DNA of 62,487 bases, the filler included, from Choristocarpus tenellus KU-1152 (lineage: Eukaryota; Protista; Phaeophyceae), in assembly GCA_964200185.2 (NCBI GenBank). It is 9 parts of 9 records of this genome, joined end to end, with 100 filler letters (N's around TTAATTAATTAA, not from the genome) between each part and the next. Parts side by side here need not be neighbours in the genome. Positions count along the whole stretch, not along the records: positions 1 to 25,468 come from CAXNAD020000188.1; 8 more parts are not named here. One strand, given 5' to 3'. The notes under the pieces were generated by a model that saw only the letters and a program-made list of their open reading frames with translations, was not told where the DNA came from and made no database searches. Position numbers and translations under genes: made by a program. How positions within the stretch are numbered: the first letter of the stretch is position 1; the number at the start of each line of letters is the position of its first letter. This document shows, in pieces, positions 1-13,500 of this stretch.

Positions 1-2129
1 GCGGAGGGAAGGGATAGTGTTGGGGTGGTCTCAATTTGCAACACAGTTTTTTTTTTTTCCCAAGTGGGTTAAAAGATTAAGAGGATTAGGGTTATACAGA
101 GTTTTGGTGGAGGAGTGAGTTCATCGGAGGCGTAGTTCCTTATGTGACCGCCGCTGCTGATAGCGTACTGGCCACTGTGTTGAGTCAGTTATTTCTAACC
201 TACCGGGTGTGTGTGAAGCTTTTTGGGCAGTTTCAGCAGGAACTAACTCTTAATAATACTAATCCAGTAGTAGTTGTGAGCGATTCAGTAGCCGACATTT
301 GGACTGGAAAGTGTAATTTCTTTGGATAGATATTTACCCTGAGTAACTGTATCCTCATCTTGGGGTGTGTGTTTGCGTGTGTACAGCAGTGGGTGATCTC
401 CACGGCCTCACAAAAGATATAGCAGCACGTGCATTTTTTTGTGCACTCTCTGCTCACAGTACACTGAGGTGTTATTTGTGATCGCCTCATTCATCAGTGA
501 AGAGATTGAATTATGAGTCGATAGGCAGGTGCCTGACATCCTGTTGGTGGTAAGTGGTAAGTGTGTGCAATAATTTCTTGTTCCTTTAAAACACACACAT
601 TTTAAAATTTTCCTTGTTTGGATCCGACATTATCAATCTTCAGTTGTTTTTTATACTTTTTGGGGGGTGAGAGCCCTCCTCTTATCTACATGATGACTTG
701 TAACTCCCTGAATATCGACTAAATATGAAAAAAAAAAAAGTATTGCTCATTGAAAACAAAGAATAGAATATGTAAAAGTATTTCTCATATGTGCTTCAGT
801 GTTCTGGGGATGATGTACAACATATTTCTCTGGTACTTGCATCATCATTTATAAATAGTGTCCTGAATCTAAGCATATAAATGACTAATACATCATAAAC
901 TGACTCGAAAGATGAAAAGTGCAACAATATTAAGATACCACGCAAACAAGTGTCAGAACGGGTGCTGAAGACTGGTGGCTTGGGTGAGAGGAGAGTAGGT
1001 ATCTACAGTTGCTCCCTATGGTGTACGATAGTGTGTGTGTGGTAAATGCTTGTGATTGTCTTTGTTGTGCTAAACGACTTCCTCGCAAATAAAAAAGACA
1101 TATCAGAAGAGACTACCAGGAAGAACAAGTTGACAAAACATTCTTTTCCTTTGATTACATTTGCCCTGACACAAGAATACTAAAACGTAGCACGAAAATT
1201 ATGGTAACACACCTCTCTACCTGCCTATTGAACTTTACCCTTGGTTATAAAAATCAGTAAATCATTTACTTAAATTTTACCTCAGCCTCTTCACAGACAT
1301 GTGCAACAGAGAGAACACGATCACAAAGTGCTGATCCTAATTACATTCGATATATATCATTAGCGACTTCCTGCGTGCGTAGCTCCATTTATAAACCAAT
1401 ATAGGATCGATTGAATCTATGTACGTACAAAAAATTAATCGAGAGGTCTAGTGTTTAGTAACTCATTTTTCCACTCCCCAATACAAGTAATCGCTCTATC
1501 TATGCACAAAATAGCGCAACAATTTTTATCTTACACTTCAATCAGGAACATATCAACCAGTAATCATCAGTTTAGCAACAGTGGTTCCACAATCTCCTTG
1601 GTGTCATTATAGGGGGGCCTTACCATAAACACAACCACACCTACCTCTAGCTGTCAAAACTGACAAAAAAAAATAATCTTGTTACTCATCGAACTGAAAA
1701 TGTGGTCCAGCTCCTCTCCAACTCCAGTGATGTTCGACAAGTAACAAAAGTGAATTATACACTTTCAGTTGATGGTATTTCGTGCGGCAATTATATTTTT
1801 AAAACTTACCTTTGTGAGTGTTACACAAACTTTTGTATATGCAGCACAAGGGGTGTAAGGGGCTTAGTTTGCCGATACACAAACCTTGATAGAAGGTGTT
1901 CTGGTCGAGACAATACTTTTTTATTGTAATATTATTTTTAGCATCCTCAGTGTACCCTTTCGTTCTACAGAACCAAGGAGAGCAGGACAACAAAATAACA
2001 GCAAAACATTCCTGAACCACATAAAGCACACTCTATGGACAACTATTCCCCAAATCTCTAATAGGGTCCAGAAATCTCTGTAAAAAAGAAGTCTCCTGTG
2101 TCCGTCCATCCAACTGTTAGCAGAATAAC

Positions 2130-3226
2130 TTAGTTGAAGGAGTACGAGGCACCCACAAGGTCGTTGATGATGTAGGGCTGGTTGGAGAGCTCCTCGTGCA
2201 CCATCATGGCAAGGATGCCCATCTGTGCTGCGCGGCCATTGTTAAGCTCGATTGCGCGCTTGGAGGCCTGGGTCTCCTCGGACATGGCGTCCCAGGAAGA
2301 GGCGAAGGGGTTGCCGCCGATGGTGAAGTCTCCGGGGAAGGAGCCCTCCACGTTCTTCATCACAGCCAGCTCAAGGAAGCCGACGAAGGCCACGATCTGG
2401 GCAAGGCCCAGAGGGGGGATCTTCGAGAGAGCAGCCACTCCGTTGGGCATGTCAGCGAAGGACAGGTTGGCGGAGTTGGACAGCATGCCGGGCAGGCGGG
2501 TGTTCTGGGCGACCATGTGGCCAACGACGGCGAGCATAGAGATACGGCCGTGCTTGATCTCCACGTAACGGAGGCGCTCGAAGCGCTCCTGGTCAGCGTC
2601 GGCGAGCAGGCCAAGCGGGTCGAAGAACCCAAGAGGGGGCTGGGCGCCGATCTCGGACTCGAAGGACATCTTCATGGCAGAGGAGGACTTGGCCACACCC
2701 TTGAAGACACTGACGATTACAGTGAGAAACAAAGGAAAGAGATTTGAGTTTATTGAAGTTTCGACCATTGCATGTATCTGGTCCCAGAACGTGATCTGGC
2801 GCCAGAACGTGAGTGGTGTCAACATCATCACCTTCTCTAGGTGATAGTATTGGTACGTGCTTGACTCGACTTGACAAACTTCAAAAGGACAGGAAATCTA
2901 ATGCACCTACTACGAACGATGTAAAGGTAATGGTATCGGGTGATGAACAAGGTTGAGACGAGCCATCACTCAAGGATGAACTAACTAGAGACCTAGTAAA
3001 ACTGGGCACAACAACCGATTAAGTGAGAAACAACGAGGAAAAGGACTCAAGGTATCTAGTCACGCCGTGGAAGGTCACACTTAGGCATCAACGAATCATG
3101 ATCCGTGAAGAAGATCGGAAACAGTCCCAATCATGATTACTCAAATGTCCGAATCTTTGCTTACGTCGGGGCCACGAAGGCCTGGGCGCCAGCGGCGCAT
3201 GCAACAGCCATGACAGTAGACTTCAT
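2130..3226 (-). CDS. Fucoxanthin-chlorophyll a/c binding protein (Lhcf family), copy 1; exons 3226-3165 and 2709-2130, 213 aa
   Basis: Exon 1 encodes MKSTVMAVACAAGAQAFVAP (bipartite signal with AQA-FVAP motif); GT-AG intron in phase 2. Exon 2 carries LHC motifs GFFDPLGL, RYVEIKHGRISMLA and ELNNGRAAQM; frame closes at TAA. Confidence 0.97.
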
Positions 3227-3576
3227 TGTAGTTGTTGAAAGTGAGTTTATCTGAATCACGACTGTTGCTGCAAAGGTACAGTTGTGACTAGATGGGGGGA
3301 TGGGGGGAAATACCCTTACCAATTTTTTTCAAGGTTTCCACACGCGGATGCGCACGGTTACGGTTTCGTGGTAGGTGGATACTCAATACATAAATCAAGA
3401 TAGTTTGATAGGGAACTTCAAGTTTTTTTGAAGAGTGTCAAGGAAGAAAACATTTATATTTTTGTATGAGCCAACCTCCTTTCTCACCAAGACCTCCAAC
3501 CCACAAGTTTACCTTTACCGAGTCACAGACGTACTTCTCAGGTAGTATAAGCCGAATCCGTCCTATTATTATCACC
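3227..3576. promoter_or_regulatory. Short intergenic region between divergently transcribed Lhcf genes (likely bidirectional promoter)
   Basis: 350 bp between ATG 3226 (-) and ATG 3577 (+); promoter function is inferred from geometry. Confidence 0.7.
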
Positions 3577-4690
3577 ATGAAGATGGAAATGACTTTCGTG
3601 CTGGCATCATTGGCCTCTGCCTCCGCGTTCGTGGCCCCATCTGCTTTCAACGGTGCCACCGTTGCTCGCATGGCCACCTCGTCCTCCGGGATGACAATGG
3701 CAGCTGCTAAGGGACCTGTTCCCAAGGAGTCTTCGTTCGAGAGCGAGATCGGTGTGCAGGCACCTCTTGGATTCTACGATCCCGCTGGTCTTCTTAAGAA
3801 CGCTGACCAGGAGCGGTGAGTCAGTGTGCGATAAAGGATTCGAGAAGGTTTGCAAACATAGATAGTTCATGTTGTGTATGTTTATGGTGCTCTGGCGATA
3901 GGGTGGAAAGGAATTGTGGCAACATAAACGGGTGTCCTGTATGCTTGAGTGCATTCGTTTTCCAAAGATTGCATGATGAGTTGTAGTGTAATGTCGCTTC
4001 CCATCTACTGAGTCAGGTGATCGGTCAGGTGAAGAAAGTATTTCTGACATGCCAATCTTTTGCCAACAAGACTTTTGATACTTTTATTGTTTTGAACTTG
4101 CCCTCCTTTCTGACCTACGATCTTAAGGTTCGACCGCCTACGGTACGTGGAGATTAAGCATGGTCGCATCTCTATGCTCGCTGTCGTCGGACACCTTGTT
4201 CAGCAGAACTACCGTCTCCCAGGGATGCTCTCCACCTCGGCAAACATTTCCTTCGCTGATATGCCCAACGGCATTGCGGCCTTTTCCAAGCTGCCCACCC
4301 TTGGTCTGTTCCAGATCATTGCTTTCATTGGCTTCCTTGAATTGGGTGTGATGAAGCAGAAGGAGGGTTCTTTCCCGGGTGACATGACCCTCACTGGCGA
4401 GCCTGTGCAGTGGAGGAACTGGTCTGATGAGATAAAGACCTCCAAGAGGGTAAGTTAAATTTTCACCCTTTCTCCATCCTTGAGTGGTCGAGTAAGTTTT
4501 TTATACCTCAGAAATAAATAACCTTTTATAATGTGGCTCACTTTCTTCCAATCCTTTGAAACAGGCGATCGAGCTTAACAATGGGCGCGCAGCACAGATG
4601 GGGATCCTAGCCATGATGATGCATGAGCAGATCTCCAACCAGCCCTACATCATCAATGACTTGCTCGGTGCCTCGTACACCTTCAACTAA
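3577..4690 (+). CDS. Fucoxanthin-chlorophyll a/c binding protein (divergent Lhcf), copy 2; exons 3577-3815, 4128-4449, 4565-4690, 228 aa
   Basis: Signal peptide with ASA-FVAP; GFYDPAGL, RYVEIKHGRISMLA and AIELNNGRAAQM motifs; two GT-AG introns give consistent phases and a TAA at 4688-4690. Confidence 0.96.
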
Positions 4691-5510
4691 GTTTGTACTT
4701 GGTAGTTGTTTAGCAGATACGGAGGTTTCACAGTGTGTGGTTGCTATTGTTTAGTGTAACAGGTCCAAAGGAAACGCTATTTCCACCTCCAGGGAGGTGC
4801 TAGAGATAAAGGCTTCGGTGATTTCTTTGCACGAATGGTCCAAGCATATTGAAGGATTTGAATGGTGACTCAGATGAGGCGTTACAACCTTTTTTAATAC
4901 ACACTGCTGTATTAATAACAGATTTGCAAGGTTCTCATGTACAATCACAACGCAATGCTGTCATCAGCTGTTGCAGTTTAAGATGTCTCAGAGACTTTAG
5001 TGTCAAGTCTGGTTTTATTGAATTCTTGCAAAACATTCTCTAGTCCAATATTGTGATCCTTGTGAGGGTGACAGAGAGTTAGTCGGCCAGTATATTTGTT
5101 GTTGCATGGTTTTGACCTGTTGTGCAATGACCTTGATGGTAATCAAGGTACTTTGTACACTTCCTTGACCAACCTGAGCAGGTGGTATGATGCACATCAT
5201 GGGGAATCCTGTAAAAGAAATTTATAAAGACTAGAAAAAATATTTCTTTTTTTGGATGACACACAAAGGTCTCTAGAAAAAAATGTTCTTTATTTCTCCA
5301 CGAAACAAAAATATTTCCTCATTTGAACAGGTGCACCCTCCCTCCCTTATCTAGCTATGATCCCTCATCTACATAACAAAGACTCTACTCAAGATACAAA
5401 TTCCCAAAAAAAAAATCGGATACGCTTCGTTTCACCTTCCAAGCCCAGCTGACAGATGCTAAGCATTCGCCAAACCATCAATCAGGGAGTGGAGGTGAGA
5501 TAATATTTAG

Positions 5511-5740
5511 TGTCCTTTTGGAGGTCGAAATACAATGTTACGATTTTGATGTAATTTTGGCTATCGTGTTTGCTAGGAAGTGTCATTATCCTTGTTCCGG
5601 ACACAACATTTCGTAACATACACATTTTATCTACTCCCAAACATTTTGGAGTAGAAAAATGTCATAAAAATAAACATAGGAAATCAAGCCCCAAACGGAC
5701 TAACAGAGCAAAACTTGTACCCTCTAAGACGCTTTCGCTC
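5511..5740. mobile_element. MITE-like family B copy (decayed) with a family-A-like outer right end
   Basis: Shares core TTTTGGCTATCGTGTTTG...ATCCTTGTTCCGGACAC...AAGCCCCAAACGGAC...TACCCTC with copies at 12767, 19359 and 45238. Confidence 0.75.
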
Positions 5741-8536
5741 ATCTAATATTGTGGATCATTTTAGTAGTTCCCCATTCCTTCACATAATCCGATAGATGGA
5801 TATTTCGCAACGACCATAGTGCCCCTCTTCCCTTCTACCTCTCTCTCTCTGTAGATATTTGAAGATATGGGAAAATATTAACAATATTTTTACGTATCAA
5901 ATTGCTTCTTCTTCTACTACCCTGCAGATTTTTGAAGAGATTGCACAACTCACTCACTCTCTGTCGTACCATTGAGAGCATGACAATAGTACACTACACT
6001 GCTCAGAGGCCTACCCAACCAGGCAGCCCAGCCGGGGACACTGAATGTTGGAGGGATGAGTATTTATCGTTCTTGTGTAGTTGTGTGTCGAACAAGAGCA
6101 AGCACATAATTGAAAATGAAGCTCCTGCTCACCCATCCCCAAAAAGTTGTTTTGAGCCATTTTAAATGCTGCACTTGACTTCTCAATGCAATACATATAT
6201 ACTGTGCGCTGTATGTAAGGTATATATGATACACATTGTATGCACTCGATCAACTAGTAGCATCACCATATCAATTTTGCTTTATTGGAGGTAGTGGGTT
6301 GAGAACAAGTTCCTGCTCTCCCTGAAAAGATTAGACCTTCCTTCTTCGTGCAAACCCCTCTATTCAGAGTTTTTTTTAGACTTCTTGAAAACGTGTTTTC
6401 CTTGCCTGAAGTGCAGCTAGCGCCTTATTATGTAGGTAGAAGAGGAAACAAGCATTTGTGCACATGGTAATGACAATGGTAATAATAATAACAATAATTA
6501 TTCTAACAATAACAATAATAATATCTGCTAACTCGCCCTCGACAGCAAGAAGAGTTGTAAGCACATTATTTATTCATTGTTTATGGAAGTACCATAATAC
6601 ATGCAGAATAACAAGACCCCCTTCTAAGAGATTAGGTTGGATCTTAACAGACATATTACAGGTGGTGGGATCTATCTATCTACCTATCTACCTACCTGAC
6701 TGAGCAAATGAGAGTGAGTAACAGGGAGGTGGAGCCTCTTTTCGTGTCAATTTTATTGTCACACCATCCCTCCATATTATGTATGATAAAGTTAAGTCCA
6801 GGTTCCACCCATGATGGTATCACTCTCCACTATCATCATGATGAGTGATGAACATTCGGCAGTCACATATATTTGTGAAGTTCTCTCCAAAAAAGATGGA
6901 AGTTGTGATGTGATGTAGTATGGACTTGGGAGTTGGGAGGAGTATAAATAATAATTACAGCAGACAAAACGGTTGGATAACATTGGTATACACCAAAAAA
7001 AAAAAAAAACACTCATTTGTTTCTTCTATGAAACACAGTTGTGCCAAAATATATCCTGCTTGTTTGATATCCCAACAACTTCAGCCAGTCGAGCAGTACA
7101 CAATTTCATGGTATTATTATAGTAGCCTGCGGAAAAAGACTTTTTGTTACTGTAGTATGACGGTATGTATCAATGTACTCATCGGAGATTCCAGTTTGAA
7201 CAGAAAAGACCTCAGCTACTGTAGTAGATGATTATGGCCTTGTAGATGGAATAAATGATTTATACTCATTTATTCAAGATAGATTTGGGGATAATATTGA
7301 AATTGAATATGTTGAACATCATAAGCAGTCGTGGATTAAGAAAAAACTGGGTATGAGTCAAGGATTCGGTAGTTTTACTAATGAACTTGCAGAAAGCGTA
7401 GTAGAAGTTACGTAGTGAAAGAATTTCAGAACTCTTCTTTTAGTTACGCCTGGATAGACTGCTACCTGACTGCAAGGTGCTCACAAAGCGTTAATCAGTG
7501 TTTAGTGAATCAGCGGAAGTTGAGTGATTTGGCACAACAGCTTGCCTCAACACAGCAGGTGGTGTAATAGTAGTGCGTTGATCATGAGATGTAGTACCCT
7601 GTGCTTGATATACGAACAGGTCAACACTTCCCATCAATAGGCCATGAGATGCGCGCCAATGAAGGAAAGGAGGTACTTCTAAAATTCCACCAAAATGGGA
7701 ACTTTCAACAAGTGGTACAGGCAGGGAAAAGCTCAACACATTATTGATAGTGTTGATTGCTTTTTACATGAAATCCAGGGCATCAAATTTAATCACTGAT
7801 TTGAGTTGTGCTACAAATTTTCGTGAGATGACTTTTGTATGCAAAGTCTGTAGGAGAACGAGCATTTGTATCAATTACAGGTTTTGCTAAACTTACTGAC
7901 CGTCTCCAGTTTCTTCCATCAGCACCCTGCACCCATACTATATTTTTCATCCAGAGACTCTTTTGCAACACACGTTCAAATACACCCTTTTCACCCAGAA
8001 ATAAAATAAAAGTACTGAATATTTAGAATAAAAGTGCCAAAAAGAATTACAGACATTTGTGGGACTGGGAACAGCAAGGTATCCACTGAAGGATCCAAAG
8101 TTTCGTATGTTTTATCAGCCTTTTAAGATGAACAATTCAATGAAAGGTAAGTGTAAAGATGACAGGGTCGATATTTGGCAGTAAGAACCTCGTATGATTG
8201 AAGTGAATGTTTTTAGATCAGTGTTGCTGTTTGATAAGAGCAGGACACAAGAAGGTATCTGCATTGAATGTAGATCCTGTCCATACAGGCTACAGGTTAC
8301 TCATGGGAGTTTATTGCTGACCGTGCAGGAAACGCAAGTTAATAGGCAGATATACTCTATTGACACACTGAGAAGGGTGGACTTGCCAGTGATCCATCCC
8401 CAACATAACACAACACTACACAGGAAACATGTAGACATCAAAATGGCGTCGTCCTCACCAAACCTGGGAGCGCGCTTAACACAACAAAATCAAGTCCACA
8501 ACACTGTTGCTCGCCTAGAAGACTTATCCTCCAAAC

Positions 8537-9428
8537 TTAGTTGAAGGTGTAGGGGGCAGCTAGGAGGTCGTTGATGATGTACGGTTGGTTGGAGATCTCC
8601 TCGTGAACCATCATGGCCAGGATCCCCATCTGAGCAGCGCGTCCGTTGTTGAGCTCAATCGCACGCTTTGACGCCTTAGTCTCCTCAGAGAAGCGGTCCC
8701 ACTGCTTCTGGAAGGGGTTACCTCCCAGAGTGAAGTCTCCGGGGAAGGAGCCCTCAACATTCTTCATGACGAAGAGCTCAAGGAAGCCAATGAATGCCAC
8801 GATCTGGAGGAGGCCAAGAGGGGGGAGCTTGGCGATTGCTGCCACTCCATTGGGCATGTCTGCGAAGGACAGGTTTTCTGATCCAGACAGCATGCCTGGG
8901 AAGCGGTAGTTCTGTGCGGTCAAGTGCCCAGCGACAGCAAGCATAGAGATGCGACCGTGCTTGACCTCCACATACCGAAGACGGTCAAAGCGCTCCTGGT
9001 CAGCGTCCGCCAGAAGTTCGAGGGGATCGAAGAATCCCAGAGGGGGCTGGGCACCGATCTCGGATTCAAAGCCCATCTTCATCGCAGTAGAGGGCTTGAC
9101 CGAGGTGGTCAGGGCAGCACCGTTGAAGGCGCTGTAGATGTGAAGAGATCAAATGATTGATGTCTATGATTAGCAACATGTTCACCATAGGATGCACCTC
9201 CAAATTTGTCATCATCTTATACTTATGTCCAAAACCAATGTACTATTAAGACATTCCACGTCGACCTCCACAGAAGCAACAAAAATGACCATCTAAGGTG
9301 TGCGCATGAAAGGGACTTCATTTGTTCCTACGCATGAAAAGACTTACACGCATAACAAATACTGACCTGGGTGCCACAAAGGCCTGGGCACCAGCGGCAC
9401 ATGCGACAGCCATTACAGCGGACTTCAT
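8537..9428 (-). CDS. Fucoxanthin-chlorophyll a/c binding protein (Lhcf family), copy 3; exons 9428-9367 and 9131-8537, 218 aa
   Basis: MKSAVMAVACAAGAQAFVAPSAFNGAALTT presequence; same 62-nt first exon and intron position as copy 1; intact LHC motifs. Confidence 0.97.
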
Positions 9429-10509
9429 TTTTCTGATGCTCTAAGCGGTGAAAAACTAGGTACTGGATGGGGTTTGACGATGCAGGGAATGAGAAGAGGG
9501 GTGACATTTGTGACACATGTAACATATATTTTTATTTTAACAGATTGAAGATCTTTACTAATAAGAGAAGTTCCACCGCGAGCGATATTTTGCGCGGACC
9601 ACGTCTCCATTTTGTTTTTCAATTTTGTTTTTACTACTATTATACTACTATTATAATACAACATTATTCTCATCCATCTCATCTCGTTCGTACTACAACT
9701 CTCCTACGTATGTAGTATACACTCAGTTATAGTTTGTGTTACTTGAGAAGTTGAGATTCAAATGGTGAAGGGTGGGCGAAGTACTGACCTAAGTATTTGA
9801 TGTCCTGTTACATCATTGATTGTATGACATGGACACAATAGTTTACTATAGTATTATTAGTATGTGAACCATCTCACTTTCATCGTATCTATGACAGTAT
9901 TCACAATATTGATAATATTGGATCGGATTTCGCAAACAAAACACACCATTATTACAATCCTAGACAAAGTACACCGGGCTTCCTACACTAAAGGTGACGG
10001 GTGTGACAGTAATATTGACTCAACAACTACTACGCGAAATTGGGGGCACCCGCTCATAGTTGTGCGTCAGTTGCCACAGATGGGGAATGAGCAACCCCCT
10101 AGAAGAGAAGGAGTTGGTGTTTGGGAATCTTACAGGTAGAAAGCAGAAGCGAGTTGGATAGAAAAGAGTGGAAGAAGAACTGCTACTACTCCGTCACCAC
10201 AGTCTTCTAGCCGTTCCTAATTCGGGAAAGAGGCCTTATTGAGTTGATGGTGGTGGTACTAGTGCTGATGCAGTGATGGAACTGTTGTTATCTAACCACT
10301 TCAAGTAGAATCTGTTAAGGGCATTGACAATATCTACCAGAAATCTCTGTCACAGAACCCAACTCAGGTGTCTCCTTTATCCACTCTTCTCCTCAGGCTG
10401 TTCTTTCGTAGCGGATATACTCCCAGAGTACAATGAGTCGTACCACACAAATCTTAGATGCTGTTGTTCAGCTGAGAGTATCTTGCTAGCTCCAGCCTAC
10501 TAATGCACT

Positions 10510-13500
10510 TCAGGATCGTTCTACTTCTCCTCCTGGTGCTTGGTCATTCTGCTGGTCCTGCCATTCCTGCTCTTCTTGTAGGGACTTCTCCTTATGCTGT
10601 GACTGCCGTTGTGCCACCAGAGTGCTCTCCGTTCTTTCCAGGTATCCTGGCAGGCGAAACCCCTGTAGAGCAGAGTAAAAGCAGAAAAGTGGGAGTATCA
10701 TCAATAGGAAGGCATGTCCAGAGCAAACTTGTTTTACTGATTCGACATAAGAGCCAAAGTAATCGAGAGGTACCCAGATATAGGACATTTTGCATTATAA
10801 GTCTGTTTTTCAAACCTTTGCAATTACTTGCACATATTTCTATGGGTGAACTTCTAATTTTGACTTGAGAGGCGTTTATGTCTCTATTGTTTGAAAAAGT
10901 TCCAGCACAATTCAGAAAATATAATTACTCTTTTTTAAAGAGCACTAGACATATGTTTCGATTGCTGCAGATGGTGTGCTTACATACACGCTCTCTGCCC
11001 TCTCAATGATGAAATGGTTAGATGAGGTTAGGCACAGGCCAAGACAGAGGAGATTTAATAGAGACCCCTTAGAATGGACACCGTGAAACCAAGTAAGTGT
11101 ATCCTCTTGCTGCAAGGGGGGGGTGATCCCAAGGGAAGTACACGCAGTCCTCAGTGCAAGAGCGGAAAAAATTGGGGCTATCCTACTACGCGTAATACTC
11201 TGACAAACGAAAAACAAACAAAAATATCGTTCTGAATTGTAAAAGAAGAGGAAGATAGACATCATATTGGAATACAAGTTGTTCGTGATTTCGTGGCATT
11301 GCAGGTACTGTAGACATTTGAAGGTTGGTGGGTGAGCAGGTAGGGATGGGGAAAGTTCAAGTGTCATTAGGTACAGACTGACTGGTATATCTCACCTTTT
11401 CTCGAATGTAGTGGATGAACTCTTTGGTACTGAAGAGGTTAGGAATCTCTGCCTGCATCTCTGCTGTATGCTTCTGTAATTCCTCCTCCTCTGCTCAGCA
11501 AGACCGAGGGGATACATTCTTTTTTGTTACTGTGCTGTGTGTGCAGTTAGAATCTGGTCAGAATTGTCTCGCTTGTGCTCGGTCAGAAGGACAACTAGCT
11601 GCAATGCCCCTTTATCCTTTATATCTCACAAAATATCCGGGATCACAGCCGGTTACAACAATATGCCCAGAAATCGAGGTGTTGTGCGAAATCTAGGACA
11701 GGATCCAATACTAACTAATAACCAGGGAAACCTTCCAGACTCCATTCCCTGGAACATTTTATAGTGCTACTTGTCTATCTGAGGCTTTGGAGCTGGAAAA
11801 GTGCATATAAAGATGATCTTAAGCGCACACAAACCCTCTACCTGCTTTCTTAAGGGAGATGTGTAAGTAAAACCCGCACGGCTTATGCCACTTTGGATTG
11901 TGTATTACTCCAGAGAAAGGGGGGTAAAGCACTGTTTTTTCCCTTCTGTATTTTCTACAGCATGCTACATAGTATCAAGTGATGCAATCGGTAGAGCTCT
12001 ATATATGTATTACTGAGTATTGATGTATGTGCTGAAGCAAAACGCCTTTATATTTATTGGAGCACTTACCAGGTACAGTGACACTGATACAGAGAATGAT
12101 TGCTAAAGAGCGGCAATTGAGATGACAACATACCAGGGTTGAAGGTAATCCACAACATCCGATCAGGGTACAATTGGGTACTGACTGAAACACTGAAAAT
12201 GCCAAAGCAAGAATGCCTCCAAATACAAGTAAATCCGCTTTGAATAGGAGGAACAAGATACAGACATGCTGCAACAATCGCAAAGGCCATCAGGCAGAAC
12301 AACAGTATCGATGCTACAGTAACCGACATCCACCCCAGATCCCTGCTGTGCTCGTATTTCAAACCCCCATTCCCTTGCAGCTCAAGGAGTACTTCACCCT
12401 CTACACTTTGCACGGAATCCAAACTCCCTCGTTCCTCTTGAGACCATCCAGTAACCCAGGTGTGTGCAGGAAGGTACCAGGCCTTACCATATCGTGAGTG
12501 TGTAAAGGTCTGCGTATTTTTTCCCATTGCAAGCGCACCATGCGAGGCCCAGCAGTGGAGAAAGAATTGAATTCAGGAAGGCGGGAGAGATACAGAGATA
12601 GCAAGTGGCATTGTGGATGTTTGCTGCACCTTAGCTTTATTGCTATCGTTTTCTTTCACTTCAGCCTGTGGGTTATATCGACTTGTGGTCAGAAGCACTG
12701 CACGATGATGCACTGCTTCTCGTATAGTAACCACTGTCTTGGGACTTAAAAAGTCAAAGCATTTAAGAGGGTAGGGCCACGTCCATTTGGGTTCATATAC
12801 ACAATGTTGTTAGGTTCATGAGTTTTGGCTATCGTGTTTGCTAGCAGGTGTCAATATCCTTGCTCTGGATACACGTTTCATAGTCGTGTACAATACATAG
12901 AAAACCGGAAAAGGGCATTAAAAAAACGTGGGAAGCCAAGCCCCAAATGGACAAAGAGGGCAAATTTCCTACCCTCTTGAGTGATTTTATTTTAACAAAT
13001 AACTACATATTTAAATCACGTAGAGTAATAGTAACAGTGGTAAGGTGTAAAACACACGCTTGCATATAGTATTAGAATAGATACAGCACAGTTCTGGAGG
13101 TTATTGGCAAGAATGTAATGGTTTTGGGAGAACAAGCCAAAACCTCAATGCAAGAGTTTGGGGGCACTGGAGAGACTGCAGAGTGATGGCATTATTTCAA
13201 GGCATCCTATTAGCTCATTGTGAAAAGAAGCCTTTTCATTGGCGGCATAAGTGTTGCTCTTCATGGTATGTTCTCTCTTATATACTATTCAATATAAGGT
13301 GTGCAGCCAACCAACATATGCACTTAGGCAAAAAAATGTTAAATTGTGGATGCACAAGCTCCATGATAGTGTACGTGGAAGTGAAAGACATCAGGATTCA
13401 CAATAAACAGGCCTACATGAGCAATTGCGCGCACGTGTGTTTAAGTGAGTGGACAGGTTCGAGGAAGGGGGGAGGGAAAGCATATTGACATCAGAACTGT

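Noticed and set aside
2182-9160. Long antisense and alternate-frame ORFs over the Lhcf genes
   Set aside because: By-products of strong GC3 codon bias in highly expressed genes.
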